Counted from the stretch's first letter, positions 49,242 through 58,861 are shown. The stretch is 64,000 nt of DNA from an uncultured Bdellovibrionales bacterium (GCA_964612065.1 CAZTCD010000002.1:28008-92007); one strand, 5' to 3'. Notes: generated by a model not told the origin, from the sequence alone. Numbers and translations are program-made.

Positions 49242-49950
49242 GCGGAGTTCCGCGTTTTTCTTGAGCCTCACAATGGCATTGGCGGCTTGTTCCGGTGCCT
49301 CCGTAGATAAAGACGGCTTTAGCCAGGAGGAGATCGATATGGTCTCTTCCAAATCAGATGTCGATAGCGGCCCTTCCGCCCCCGGGATGATACCGGCGGA
49401 TTGCGAATCGTTGCTGAACCAGAGCAGGGCCTGGTCTTACGTGCCTGGCCAGAAGTGGAAGCCCGCAGGCCCGGAGCAGGCCATGGAGGCGGCAAAATTC
49501 TTCACCGAATTCCGAATGGTTCCGATCGCCACCTCTAATGCGCTGAGAGAGATCGAAATGGGCCAGAAGTCATCGGCGGAAGCGCAGCCCTGCGATCCCT
49601 TTCTGGCCCAGAATTTCCTGGAGGCCTTGGTGGTTTATCCCTGGGGAAAAGCCGCGCGGCTCGAGGCAGGGCAGAACCTTCATCGCTTCCTTCTCAATCA
49701 GCAATCTCTGCACTTGCCTTTGGTTCATCGCCTGGTGGTGGGGCGGGTGTTCGTGGGAGCCGTTCGCGCCGGCCTTGTGCGGGGATCCCATGCGGAAGCC
49801 AAAGGATTTCAAGCTTGGATGGAAAAACAAGCCCAATCCCTTCCTCCGGAAGGCGAAGGCGCTTCTGATGAGCTGAAGCGGCAGAGGAAAGAGTTGAAGC
49901 TGTCGGGGCAGATCCGCGACAGAATGGGGATGCTGCTGCCCCTGCCTTGA
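49234..49950 (+). CDS. Lipoprotein, hypothetical
   Basis: MRKRSSAFFLSLTMALAACS lipobox. Overlaps the secF stop. Confidence 0.45.
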   Translation: MRKRSSAFFLSLTMALAACSGASVDKDGFSQEEIDMVSSKSDVDSGPSAPGMIPADCESLLNQSRAWSYVPGQKWKPAGPEQAMEAAKFFTEFRMVPIATSNALREIEMGQKSSAEAQPCDPFLAQNFLEALVVYPWGKAARLEAGQNLHRFLLNQQSLHLPLVHRLVVGRVFVGAVRAGLVRGSHAEAKGFQAWMEKQAQSLPPEGEGASDELKRQRKELKLSGQIRDRMGMLLPLP

Positions 49951-49958
49951 GATTGCCG

Positions 49959-50522
49959 CTACTTCATTACGAAATCTGAAATGCGTTTTACTTCGGGGGA
50001 GATGCCGTCTTCCACCAATGGCAGTCCCGAGCTACGGGAGAGCTCCCTCATCTTGGTTAAGCAAAGGGCCCGCACGGAATCCACTACCTTTTCCCGGCGG
50101 GCGCAGTCTCCATAAAAGGCCAGGGATTCGCTGGCGCGGGAGGGATCCTGAGCCGTGGCTTCGGCCACCTCCCCGATCAGAGCGTTGGCCTTGCTTACGG
50201 GTTCCGGCGTTCGGTGCAGGGCTTCGGGAGGAAGCTTGCGGATTTCGGCTAAGGTGGGCAGGGCGCGGCTGGCATCTTCGATCTTGCGGCAGAGATCGAA
50301 AGGCTTTTCGATTTTATGAGCTGGGGAAGAGTGGCTGGGTGGAGGGCTGTTCTGCGCCGGGGATGGATTCACGGGAGGAAGATTCAGGCTCTCCTCGGGT
50401 GCGGGAGCGCTCTCCTGCGTTCGGGGTAGCATGGAATTGGGTTGGTGTGAGGGCCGAAGCAGAACGTAAAGAACCGCGCCTGCGGCGAGCAGGAGAAGCG
50501 CAGCGAGCAAAGCTCGGTTCAT
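49959..50522 (-). CDS. N-terminally anchored Pro-rich hypothetical protein
   Basis: One N-terminal TM (LLAALLLLAAGAVLYVLL), then a P/S-rich linker and a ~100-aa helical domain. Confidence 0.4.
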   Translation of the reverse strand: MNRALLAALLLLAAGAVLYVLLRPSHQPNSMLPRTQESAPAPEESLNLPPVNPSPAQNSPPPSHSSPAHKIEKPFDLCRKIEDASRALPTLAEIRKLPPEALHRTPEPVSKANALIGEVAEATAQDPSRASESLAFYGDCARREKVVDSVRALCLTKMRELSRSSGLPLVEDGISPEVKRISDFVMK

Positions 50523-51403
50523 TCGCGCCGGCCTTCCGGAGCGGGATCCCAGGTCAGGTTCTTGTCGAGAATACGGCTGAAGCTGTCGGCGATCTGTCCC
50601 TGCAGCCAGGTGCGGTCGGTCTCGGAGCAGTCGGTGCAGGTGGCGAGCAGGGATTTTGTGGCGAGCATGTCTACCGCATAAGGGCCGTTGGCGGCTTCAT
50701 CGCAGGCGTTTACGCCGGCGAACTCGTGGTTTTCCGGGCACTTCGCGTGCACGAATCCGGCGCTGAGCTTGTTTCCATCGCTATGGCGGGCTTCGTGGAG
50801 GAGGGTGGACAGCTGAAAAGCGCGCTGGGTGCTGACACCTCTGCCTTTCACGGCTTTCAACAGGCCCTCACCCACTACCAGCAGTCCGGTTCGGGGAGAA
50901 GTGAAGCGCAATTGGCCTGCGGCAGTGGCGGTGTTCAGCGCCACGAGATTTTTTGTTTCTTTTCCCAGCAGGTAAGCGAGAGCGCCAAAGTTCGCCATAA
51001 TCAGGGTGCCTTTTTCCTGATTGGCTCTGTTCCTCCACGCGGCGGGGAGAATGTCGGGGTTTTCGAAGCGGTAGTTCGAGTCCACCATTTGGAAGCGTTC
51101 GAAATCAAAGCTTTCTCCGGCCACTACCTGCACGCGCTCTTCGAGCCAGGCGCGAAGGGATGGGCCATCACCACTGCGAAGGTCGAGAATCTGCAGGAGG
51201 GCGGGATCCGCGTCCTGCAGTTTGTTCTCGGCCATATATTCCAGGGCGTTAACCAGTGCTCCGCGCTCGCCGGCGTTGGCGCTGGAATCAAAATGAATGG
51301 CTCCTACGGACGAGCGGACGGGCGCCTCCTTCTTATCCTGATCTTTCTCTTTAGCGCAGGAAGCGATCAGCAGAGCGGCGATGACTAAGTAGGCGAATTT
51401 CAT
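50519..51403 (-). CDS. Lipoprotein with HExxH motif (candidate metallohydrolase)
   Basis: Start moved to MKFAYLVIAALLIASC (lipobox). Contains TLLHEARHSDG. Four-nt overlap with the downstream gene. Confidence 0.45.
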   Translation of the reverse strand: MKFAYLVIAALLIASCAKEKDQDKKEAPVRSSVGAIHFDSSANAGERGALVNALEYMAENKLQDADPALLQILDLRSGDGPSLRAWLEERVQVVAGESFDFERFQMVDSNYRFENPDILPAAWRNRANQEKGTLIMANFGALAYLLGKETKNLVALNTATAAGQLRFTSPRTGLLVVGEGLLKAVKGRGVSTQRAFQLSTLLHEARHSDGNKLSAGFVHAKCPENHEFAGVNACDEAANGPYAVDMLATKSLLATCTDCSETDRTWLQGQIADSFSRILDKNLTWDPAPEGRRE

Positions 51404-51473
51404 AAGAAAGCTCCAGGATAGAAGACAAAGGCGGGTGAAGGTATCCCGCCTGATCATTTAAGTCAATCTATGC

Positions 51474-51971
51474 TTAGGTTCCGTAGCCCTTCTCGCTTTC
51501 TATCTGCGAGTCTCGTGCCTTTTGGATCTCCTCACGGCTCCACACCCGGCCTTTTCCCACGCCCGGGCAATAGGAGGCCACTTCCCTATCCCATGCCTTG
51601 GCGCCCAGAGTTTCCGGCCAGAAGGGCCAGGTTCGGCACTGGGTGGGGCGAGCCTGATAAATTCCGCAGCTCTTGCCCTCCAGAAAGCGGCAGGCTTTGG
51701 TGAAGTCTTTCAGTTTCCAGATGCCGTGTTCTTTTTCGCAGTATTGGCGGGTGAAAACCTGGGTGGGAAGGCGGAGGAGTCGGGCAATTCTCCGCCGGTC
51801 ATCCAGCGTGACATAAACATAACCATAAGCGCCCCGGGACACGCAGCAGCGGCCTGAACCCTGGCACTCAAAGCGAACGCCTTGGTGCCACCAAGGTTCA
51901 GGTTTATTTTTGGGCCTAGGCTTTGGCTTTGGCTTCGCGGAGGTTTTCACGACGAGCTTTCCAGAGTTCAA
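51474..51971 (-). CDS. YkgJ-family Cys-cluster protein (UPF0153)
   Basis: FECQGSGRCCVS plus a downstream C...C, characteristic of the YkgJ putative Fe-S/zinc-binding domain. K/P-rich N-terminus. The ORF overlaps the DedA 3' end by 56 nt, so the start is uncertain. Confidence 0.55.
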   Translation of the reverse strand: MNSGKLVVKTSAKPKPKPRPKNKPEPWWHQGVRFECQGSGRCCVSRGAYGYVYVTLDDRRRIARLLRLPTQVFTRQYCEKEHGIWKLKDFTKACRFLEGKSCGIYQARPTQCRTWPFWPETLGAKAWDREVASYCPGVGKGRVWSREEIQKARDSQIESEKGYGT

Positions 51972-52605
51972 ATACCATGGGGAGCACGGAGATCAGGATG
52001 ATCGCGAGCACCACTACGGAGAAGTTTTTCTTCACCCACTCGATATTTCCGAACAGCACTCCCGCGCCGCAAACCGTGACCACCCAAACCACGGCTCCCA
52101 CCACATTGTAGAGAGCGAACTTGCGGTAGGTCATTTCTCCCATGCCCGCCACAAAGGGGGCGAAGGTGCGCACGATGGGCACATAGCGAGCGAGGATGAT
52201 CGTTTTGCCTCCGTATTTCTCGTAGAAGCGGTGGGTCTTGTCCAGGTACTCCCGCCGGAAGATTTTGGAGTTTTTATTCGCGAAGAGCTTATGCCCTGCA
52301 TACTTTCCAATGGAGTAATTCACTGCGTCGCCGATCACGGCCGCTATGATCAGAGTTGGCGCCAGGATGGGCATTTGGAGGTAGGCGTTGTCTACCACGG
52401 TCATGGCGCCAAGGGCAAAAAGGAGGGAGTCTCCAGGGAGGAAGGGCGTTACCACAAGCCCCGTTTCGCAGAAGATGATGAGGAAGAGGATCACATAGAT
52501 CCAGGGGCCGAACATCACGATCCATTCATTCAGGTGCGCGTCCAGGTGGAGCACGATATCGATGAATTTATAGAGCAGGCCCACTATTTCAGAGAGAAAT
52601 TCCAT
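51916..52605 (-). CDS. DedA/VTT-domain family membrane protein (second paralog)
   Basis: ...ETGLVVTPFLPGDSLLFALGAM... is the canonical DedA motif. Confidence 0.7.
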   Translation of the reverse strand: MEFLSEIVGLLYKFIDIVLHLDAHLNEWIVMFGPWIYVILFLIIFCETGLVVTPFLPGDSLLFALGAMTVVDNAYLQMPILAPTLIIAAVIGDAVNYSIGKYAGHKLFANKNSKIFRREYLDKTHRFYEKYGGKTIILARYVPIVRTFAPFVAGMGEMTYRKFALYNVVGAVVWVVTVCGAGVLFGNIEWVKKNFSVVVLAIILISVLPMVFELWKARRENLREAKAKA

Positions 52606-52713
52606 AGAGGAAATGTACGGAAAATGGGGCTGTTGCGCAAGTTATAGCGCCGGGATAAATTTGATCCGGAACGTATTCAACCAGCGCACCAGCAGCACGA
52701 AAGGCCCTTCCCT

Positions 52714-53829
52714 ATGTTTGAAAATATCCAGATCCCCAAAGAGCTTCTTCCCGTTGACGGACGCTTCGGCTGCGGCCCTTCCCTGGTGCGCACGGAATTT
52801 CTCGAGGCCCTAGCCAAAGACGCCAAGGGCTACCTCGGCACCAGCCACCGGCAGGCCACGGTGAAGAACAAGGTGGGCCAAGTTTTCGAAAAACTGAAAA
52901 AATATCTCGAAGTGCCCGCTGATTACAAAATCGCCGCAGGCAACGGTTCTGCTTCCCAGGTTTGGGATATGTGCACCTTCTCTCTCGTGGAGAAAAAGAG
53001 CGCGCATTTCGTGAACGGCGAATTTTCGCAGAAGTGGTATGCCTCGGTGAAGGGCGCCAAGTTTGTGGAAGGGCAGGAAATCAAGGTGGGCAACGGCGAG
53101 CAGCCGAAATGGCAGGAGGTGGCCGATGCGGATGTTCATTGCATCACCTGGAACGAAACCTCCACGGGCGCCATGTGGCCGGAATGCCCGAAGGCCGAAA
53201 AAAGCCTTCTTGCCGTGGATGCTACTTCGGCGGCCGGCGCCTACCCTTGGGACATGAGCCGCACGGATCTGTTTTATTTCTCTCCTCAAAAAGCGTTCGG
53301 CGCGGAAGGCGGTCTCTGGTTCGCCTTCTTCTCGCCCAAGGCGGTGGCGCAGATCGAGCGGGTGAAGAAGAGCGGCCGTTATATTCCCGCCATGCTGGAT
53401 TTCTCTCTTGCCCTCAAAAACGGCGAGAGCAACCAAACCTACAATACGCCCTCCCTCACCACGTTTTATCTCCTCGATAAACAGCTCGATTGGTTCCTTG
53501 CCAAAGGCGGCCTGAAGGCGGTGGCAAAAGAGGCCGACGAAAAATTCCAGGTGCTCGCCGACTGGATCGGCCGCCGCTCCGAGCTCGAGTGGTATATCAA
53601 AGAAGAGGCCGCACGCTCGAAAACGGTGTGCACGATCAATATCGACAAAGCCATTCCTTACGATCAGCTCACCAAGCTCCTTCGCAAGTTTGGTTTCCTC
53701 GATATCGATTGCTACCGCAGCCTCGGCGAAAACCAGATCCGTGTTTCGATCTTCCCCAACGTGGCGAAAGAAGATCTGGTGAAGCTCACCAAGGCGGTGG
53801 ACTATTGCCTCGATAACCGGGCCAAGTGA
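52714..53829 (+). CDS. serC: Phosphoserine aminotransferase (short, ~370-aa type)
   Basis: Class-V aminotransferase fold. GNGSASQVWDMC, ...FYFSPQKAFGAEGGLW (PLP Lys region). Collinear with the alternative SerC form. Confidence 0.75.
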   Translation: MFENIQIPKELLPVDGRFGCGPSLVRTEFLEALAKDAKGYLGTSHRQATVKNKVGQVFEKLKKYLEVPADYKIAAGNGSASQVWDMCTFSLVEKKSAHFVNGEFSQKWYASVKGAKFVEGQEIKVGNGEQPKWQEVADADVHCITWNETSTGAMWPECPKAEKSLLAVDATSAAGAYPWDMSRTDLFYFSPQKAFGAEGGLWFAFFSPKAVAQIERVKKSGRYIPAMLDFSLALKNGESNQTYNTPSLTTFYLLDKQLDWFLAKGGLKAVAKEADEKFQVLADWIGRRSELEWYIKEEAARSKTVCTINIDKAIPYDQLTKLLRKFGFLDIDCYRSLGENQIRVSIFPNVAKEDLVKLTKAVDYCLDNRAK

Positions 53830-53861
53830 TTTAGATAAACAACATCAGATTAGGGGCTGAT

Positions 53862-54803
53862 ATGAGCAAGAAGATCTTTTTGTTTCCGGGCCAAGGCTCG
53901 CAATATGTGGGCATGGGAAAAAGCCTCGTGGACAATTTCCCGGAAGCGAAACAGACCTTTGAGGAAGCCAACGACGCCCTCCGGCTGGATCTTGCCAAGA
54001 TCTGCTTCGAGGGCCCGGAGGAAGACCTCAAGCTCACGCATTATACTCAGCCTGCGATCCTCACTCATTCCGTGGCGGCCTACCGGGTGCTCACGAAAGA
54101 AAGCGGCCTCCGGCCCGACTATGTGGCCGGCCATTCTCTCGGAGAGTATTCGGCCCTCGTGGCGGCCGGCGCGATCGCCTTTGCGGATGCGGTTCGTCTG
54201 GTGAATAAGCGGGGCACCTTTATGCAGGAAGCGGTGCCCGTAGGAACGGGAGCCATGGCGGCCTTGGTGGGCGCGGAAGAGGCCAAGGCGAAGAGCCTTT
54301 GCGAGGCTGCCATAACTGCCACGGGAAAAGTTTGCGAGCTCGCTAACTTCAATGGAGGCGGGCAGATCGTGATCAGCGGGCATAAGGAGGCGGTGGAGGA
54401 GGCCGCCAGGTTGGCCACTTCGGATGCATCCTATGGGATCACCAAGGCGGTGATGCTGGCGGTGAGCGCTCCCTTCCATTGCTCGCTGATGAAGAGAGCG
54501 GAGGACAATATGCGTCCTCTCCTCGAGGCTACGAGGATCTCTCCCCTCACCTGTCCCTATATCGCCAATGTGGACGCGGAAGCCCATAACGATGCGGAAG
54601 GCATCGCAGATCGGCTGGTGAGGCAAATCTGCGGATCCGTGCGCTGGGAACAGAGCATGCAGAAGCTTCCCTCCCTTGGAGTGGTTGAGGGAATTGAGGT
54701 GGGCCCAGGCAAAGTGCTCTTTGGGCTCATGAGGCGCATTCAGAAGGAAATCAAGGTTCGGCCCCTGGATAAGGCGGACGACCTTAAAGCTCTAACCAAT
54801 TGA
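53862..54803 (+). CDS. fabD: Malonyl-CoA:ACP transacylase
   Basis: FLFPGQGSQYVGMG, GHSLGEYSALVAAG (active-site Ser), and the ...NFNGGGQIVISG motif. Confidence 0.9.
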   Translation: MSKKIFLFPGQGSQYVGMGKSLVDNFPEAKQTFEEANDALRLDLAKICFEGPEEDLKLTHYTQPAILTHSVAAYRVLTKESGLRPDYVAGHSLGEYSALVAAGAIAFADAVRLVNKRGTFMQEAVPVGTGAMAALVGAEEAKAKSLCEAAITATGKVCELANFNGGGQIVISGHKEAVEEAARLATSDASYGITKAVMLAVSAPFHCSLMKRAEDNMRPLLEATRISPLTCPYIANVDAEAHNDAEGIADRLVRQICGSVRWEQSMQKLPSLGVVEGIEVGPGKVLFGLMRRIQKEIKVRPLDKADDLKALTN

Positions 54804-54849
54804 AAATATAAGAGATAAATTCACTTTCGTTCGAGCCACAATACTTGAC

Positions 54850-54855
54850 TATAAT
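54850..54855 (+). promoter_or_regulatory. Perfect TATAAT -10 hexamer upstream of the protease lipoprotein gene
   Basis: Read directly. It lies ~70 nt upstream of GTG 54925. The -35 is weak or unclear. Confidence 0.2.
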
Positions 54856-54924
54856 GATCTATTTTGGTAAAGTTACGGCGCTCCTAGTTGTCCGTTGGCT
54901 GCGTCTCGTTCGAAAGGTGATTTT

Positions 54925-56508
54925 GTGAAGCGACCCCTTCTGCCATCCCTCCTGTTGATCGCATTCCTGTTTACCTCCTGTGCCGGCGATAAAGAGGAGA
55001 AAAAGAATTCCTCCGCCGCTCCCGTTACGCCCATGGACACCTTGGCCACCCCTAAAGAGATGGTGCCGGTGGAGGTGCCTCTTCCCGTCAGAAAACCCAC
55101 TCCGCCCGCCGAAGAGCCGAGTCCCGGTGAACAGAAACCGGAGGAACCAGCTCCCGAAGAGTCCTCCCCAGAGGAACCAGCTCCCGAGGAACCCTCCCCG
55201 GAAGAACCGGCTCCACAGGAGCCGAAACCGCTTCCTCCACGCCGGCCGAATCCTCAACCCCAGCCCGACCAGAATCCCACCTGGGACGAAAGCTTCCGGG
55301 CCGCACAGGAGCGCGCGAAGAATGCTCAGCTCAGCTGCGAAGGTGGCCGCTGCCACCCGAGCGTGGGCCTGCTTACGATCGTGAATAAGGAAACAAACGG
55401 CTGGGGCGTGGGCCAATGCACGGCTTCGCTGGTGTCTTCTGATGTGGTGGTTACCAATGGCCACTGTATTCCGATGGATCTCAAGGAATCCGGCGCGAGT
55501 TGCCGCGGCCGCCTATGGCTCACCTTCGGCTCAGAATCCGGGCTCGATAAGCAGATCGGATGCTCCGAAATTCTATATCGCCACAAAGATTCCACTCTTG
55601 ATGGCTCGGATTACGCCTATTTTCGCCTGGATCGGCGATCAAACCGCCCGACCCTGCGGCAGAGCCGTGAGGGGTTTGAGCACAATAAAAATTATTTTCT
55701 CCACAAGATCAATCCCGTGCGCTCCTTCGACGGAGTGGCCGGCCATATGGAAAAGGTGAGCTGCCTTTCCCTCTACAACACGGCAATCTTCGAGCAGCCG
55801 CTCAACCGCCAGAGCCACTCGAGCTTTCTGGTAGATTGCCTGGTGGTGCCCGGCAATTCGGGCGCTCCCATCCTCGCCGAAGACGGAAGCATCCGCGGAG
55901 TGATCTATGCCTTTATCAAGCCGGAGAAGGTGCAGCTGATGCTGAACCGGAACGGATCCCTGCTGCCTTCCTCCAAAGAGATGAGCCCACTCAATGTGGG
56001 CAGCAATTTCGCCTGTTTGAAGCTGCCGGAGAATCTGGCGGGGCAACCCCTGCCGAAAGCCTGTGAAGGCCATGCAGCACGCCTGCAGGCCGCCAAGCGG
56101 GAAGCGGAAGCCAGGCTCGTGGCCCGGCTCAAGCCGCAGGCCCAAAGAATCATTGAGGCCAAACAGGGATCGCGAATCGATATCCGGGCCTTCGGCTGGA
56201 CCGTGCGCACCTCGAGCTCCCCCAATACCGGCCGCGTGGCGCTGGGCTATCCCGAGTGCGTGAGCCGGGAGAATTCCAGGGAGCTTCTCGGGCAGAAGAT
56301 GAGCACGCACCGGCCATTCTTCTATATCAAGGCCAAGTACAATCGTTACGCCATTGCAGCCCAGGAAACCCTTGTTTGGGCGGGCTTCGCCGATTCCGTG
56401 GAAACGGTAAGCCTTAGCCGGGTGGAGGGGAAGTACCGCGTGCAGATCACCGATCCCGCCAGCGGGCAGCAGGAAATGAACGCCGCTCTAGGGCTTTGCG
56501 GGAAATAA
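54925..56508 (+). CDS. Trypsin-like (S1) serine protease lipoprotein with P/E-rich linker
   Basis: GTG start gives MKRPLLPSLLLIAFLFTSC (lipobox), with AAAGG RBS. His-region TASLVSSDVVVTNGHC and Ser-region VVPGNSGAPIL. PEEPAPEE x3 linker. Confidence 0.6.
   Translation: MKRPLLPSLLLIAFLFTSCAGDKEEKKNSSAAPVTPMDTLATPKEMVPVEVPLPVRKPTPPAEEPSPGEQKPEEPAPEESSPEEPAPEEPSPEEPAPQEPKPLPPRRPNPQPQPDQNPTWDESFRAAQERAKNAQLSCEGGRCHPSVGLLTIVNKETNGWGVGQCTASLVSSDVVVTNGHCIPMDLKESGASCRGRLWLTFGSESGLDKQIGCSEILYRHKDSTLDGSDYAYFRLDRRSNRPTLRQSREGFEHNKNYFLHKINPVRSFDGVAGHMEKVSCLSLYNTAIFEQPLNRQSHSSFLVDCLVVPGNSGAPILAEDGSIRGVIYAFIKPEKVQLMLNRNGSLLPSSKEMSPLNVGSNFACLKLPENLAGQPLPKACEGHAARLQAAKREAEARLVARLKPQAQRIIEAKQGSRIDIRAFGWTVRTSSSPNTGRVALGYPECVSRENSRELLGQKMSTHRPFFYIKAKYNRYAIAAQETLVWAGFADSVETVSLSRVEGKYRVQITDPASGQQEMNAALGLCGK
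55138..55227 (+). repeat. Three tandem ~30-nt coding repeats (PEEPAPEE(S/P)S) inside the protease lipoprotein
   Basis: Read directly: gaggaaccagctcccga[ag]ga... repeated three times. Confidence 0.6.
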
Positions 56509-56516
56509 AGCCACCA

Positions 56517-57167
56517 TCAGCGGCAAATGCTGAGAAATTCGTTTCTGGTTTCGGGATTCGTCTTGAAGGCTCCACGCAGGTCCGTGGTGATCGTTTCCGA
56601 ATTGGTGTCCTGGATCCCTCGGGAGATCACGCAATAGTGCTTGGCCTTGATGAATACGGCTACGTCATCCGTTTTCAGGATATAGGCGAGGCAATCAGCG
56701 ATCTGTTTGGTGAGGCGTTCCTGAACCTGGGGCCTGCGGGCGAAATAGTCCACGATGCGGTTGATCTTCGAGAGCCCCACCACTCCATGGGAAGGAATAT
56801 AGGCCACGTGCGCCACTCCGTGAATGGTCACGAAATGGTGCTCGCAGCAGCTCATCATATCGATGTCCCGCACTACCACCATCTGGTCGTAGAGCATTTC
56901 GTTTTCGATCACGGTGATGCGCGGAAAATTCTTGGCCTGCAAGCCTTGGAAGTACTCTTTCACGTACATCTTGGCCACGCGCTTGGGGCTGTCCTGAAGG
57001 CTGTCGTTCTGCAGATCGAGGCCCAGGGTTTCCATGATGTCCCGGAACGATTTGGTAATGCGCTCGATCTTCTGCTCGTCGGTGAGTCCGTTGTCGAGCA
57101 GAGGGGTCGGGCGCACATTTTCCAGGATTTTCAGGGGATCTAAATCGTGGCTATCCTTGGGGCTCAT
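56517..57167 (-). CDS. folE: GTP cyclohydrolase I
   Basis: ...MMSCCEHHFVTIHGVAHVAYIP... is the canonical FolE zinc-binding CEHH motif. Confidence 0.9.
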   Translation of the reverse strand: MSPKDSHDLDPLKILENVRPTPLLDNGLTDEQKIERITKSFRDIMETLGLDLQNDSLQDSPKRVAKMYVKEYFQGLQAKNFPRITVIENEMLYDQMVVVRDIDMMSCCEHHFVTIHGVAHVAYIPSHGVVGLSKINRIVDYFARRPQVQERLTKQIADCLAYILKTDDVAVFIKAKHYCVISRGIQDTNSETITTDLRGAFKTNPETRNEFLSICR

Positions 57168-57247
57168 AGGGGGGTTCTTATCCCTCTCGGGAGGGCCTTA
57201 GCAAACAAAAATAGCTTGAAATAGCCGCTCTGTGCTAGAAGGGCTGA

Positions 57248-58129
57248 ATGCCTTCGCCCTCCCTCTTTCTGAATGATTTCACCGTGATCGACTTCGCCTT
57301 CGTGGGCGAAGAGGGCGGCGTGCTGGGCGAATCTTTTTTCGTATCCGCGGAGCTGTTCGGTGAGCTCGATGAGAAGGATTTCCTTCTCGATTTCAGCGCG
57401 GCAAAAAAAACGCTCAAAGCATTGGTGGACGACAGCTTCGACCACAAGCTTCTCGTGCCCATGGGGTCCGGAAAAGCGAAGGTTTTCGAAGGCGGCTTGG
57501 AGATCGAGGATTCCGCAAAAGGAATGGCTTGGCGCTATGACTGCCCGAGGCAGGCCTTTGAGGTTTTTCCCGATAAAACGATCGATGCGGAAGTGCTTGC
57601 CTATCACCTGAGCCGCCTGTCCAAGGCCGTGCTGCCGGCCAACGTGGCGGAAGCTCGCTTTACCTTCCGCTCGCCCTCTCATCTCGAGCGGGAGGCGAGC
57701 TTCCGCTATACCCACGGCCTTCGCTTTCACGAAGGGAACTGCCAGCGCCTCTTCCACGGGCACAGAAACCCGGTGGAGGTCTGGCTGGATGGGAGGCGCG
57801 CGCCGGAATGGGAAGCCCGCTTGGCGGCAGAGTGGAACCATGCTCATTTCGTAAGCGTGCCCACGCTGAAAAATCTCCGGGAGCTGGATCTATCCCTGGG
57901 CGAGAGAAGCCCTGGCCACCCCGGAATGGCGGAGCTCGGCTTCGTAAGCGGTCAGGGCCCATTCAGTGCCCGGATGCCGGCCAGCCGCCTCGTGCTGGTG
58001 GAAGAGGAGCCTTCGATTGAAACTATGGCCAAGCTCGCCGTTTCCCGGCTGCGGAAATGGGGGCTAGCGGGTGCGGTGCGTGTGGTGGCTTACGAAGGCC
58101 TGAACAAAGGCGCGAGCTTTTCGGATTGA
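57248..58129 (+). CDS. Two-domain 6-pyruvoyl-tetrahydropterin synthase / QueD-like T-fold protein
   Basis: Second domain carries GNCQRLFHGHRNPVEV (C-x5-HGH). First domain is a PTPS-like T-fold lacking that motif (FLNDFTVIDFAF...SFDHKLLVP). Divergent from folE. Confidence 0.65.
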   Translation: MPSPSLFLNDFTVIDFAFVGEEGGVLGESFFVSAELFGELDEKDFLLDFSAAKKTLKALVDDSFDHKLLVPMGSGKAKVFEGGLEIEDSAKGMAWRYDCPRQAFEVFPDKTIDAEVLAYHLSRLSKAVLPANVAEARFTFRSPSHLEREASFRYTHGLRFHEGNCQRLFHGHRNPVEVWLDGRRAPEWEARLAAEWNHAHFVSVPTLKNLRELDLSLGERSPGHPGMAELGFVSGQGPFSARMPASRLVLVEEEPSIETMAKLAVSRLRKWGLAGAVRVVAYEGLNKGASFSD

Positions 58130-58133
58130 GAGA

Positions 58134-58859
58134 TCAGTCTTTTTTGGTGAGGCGCACCTTCAGCATCTCGCAATAACTTCGGATCAGCTGGCGGTATTTT
58201 TTTTCATTCACGGTATCCATGTCCACAAATCTCAGGCCGAAGGAGCGGGTGATCACCCTGCCCTCTTCCGTATTGCGGTCATGAACGGCGATATTGCGAA
58301 CCTCGCCTGAAAGATTGGCGAAGATCTCCCCGCTCGAGGTGATGAGATCGAAGTGCAGGGTGGAGCCTACCCGGATCTCCTGGAGGTTATCGCCCAGGGT
58401 TTCGATCCTGATTCCGCCGAGCGTGAAGTTCACCACGTTCACGAAGATCTCCTGGCCTACGAAGCGAACCATGCAAAGATTCGGCACGGGCAGCTCCGGA
58501 TCGTCGTAGCCTTTCACGGGAATGCGCGGGTATTTCCGTTTCCAGCCAGGAGCGATCCCTTCCGCCTCCATCCTCTGCTCGATATATTTTTTTGTGGGTT
58601 CGTCGATGTTCTCGAATTTGATCTCGTAAATCACTCCGTGCTCCACCTGCTGGTGGATGAAGTTCCCTTTCAGGAGCGCGTTTCCCACGCGAACGTTCAC
58701 GGTTTTCCCCAGCACGTCTTTCCAGGCGGCGGGTAGGCCGGAGGGGAGAAAGATCTTGGTAATGCCTGTTACTGATACCAGGCCCTGCAGCTCCAGCGTG
58801 TTTCCTTTGTGTTCGATCTCGAAAACAGTGGCTACGAATTTCGGCTGTGTTGGGTCCAT
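58134..58859 (-). CDS. PilZ-domain protein (tandem PilZ-like halves)
   Basis: RKYPRIPV (RxxxR) followed by ...NFTLGGIRIET (DxSxxG-like) in the C-terminal half. The N-terminal half has a similar fold pattern. Confidence 0.55.
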   Translation of the reverse strand: MDPTQPKFVATVFEIEHKGNTLELQGLVSVTGITKIFLPSGLPAAWKDVLGKTVNVRVGNALLKGNFIHQQVEHGVIYEIKFENIDEPTKKYIEQRMEAEGIAPGWKRKYPRIPVKGYDDPELPVPNLCMVRFVGQEIFVNVVNFTLGGIRIETLGDNLQEIRVGSTLHFDLITSSGEIFANLSGEVRNIAVHDRNTEEGRVITRSFGLRFVDMDTVNEKKYRQLIRSYCEMLKVRLTKKD

Positions 58860-58861
58860 GC

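Noticed and set aside
55138-55227. Short tandem direct repeats (a possible CRISPR-like or VNTR locus)
   Set aside because: The repeats are in-frame codons for a PEEPAPEE linker inside a protease gene. There are no spacers and no cas genes.
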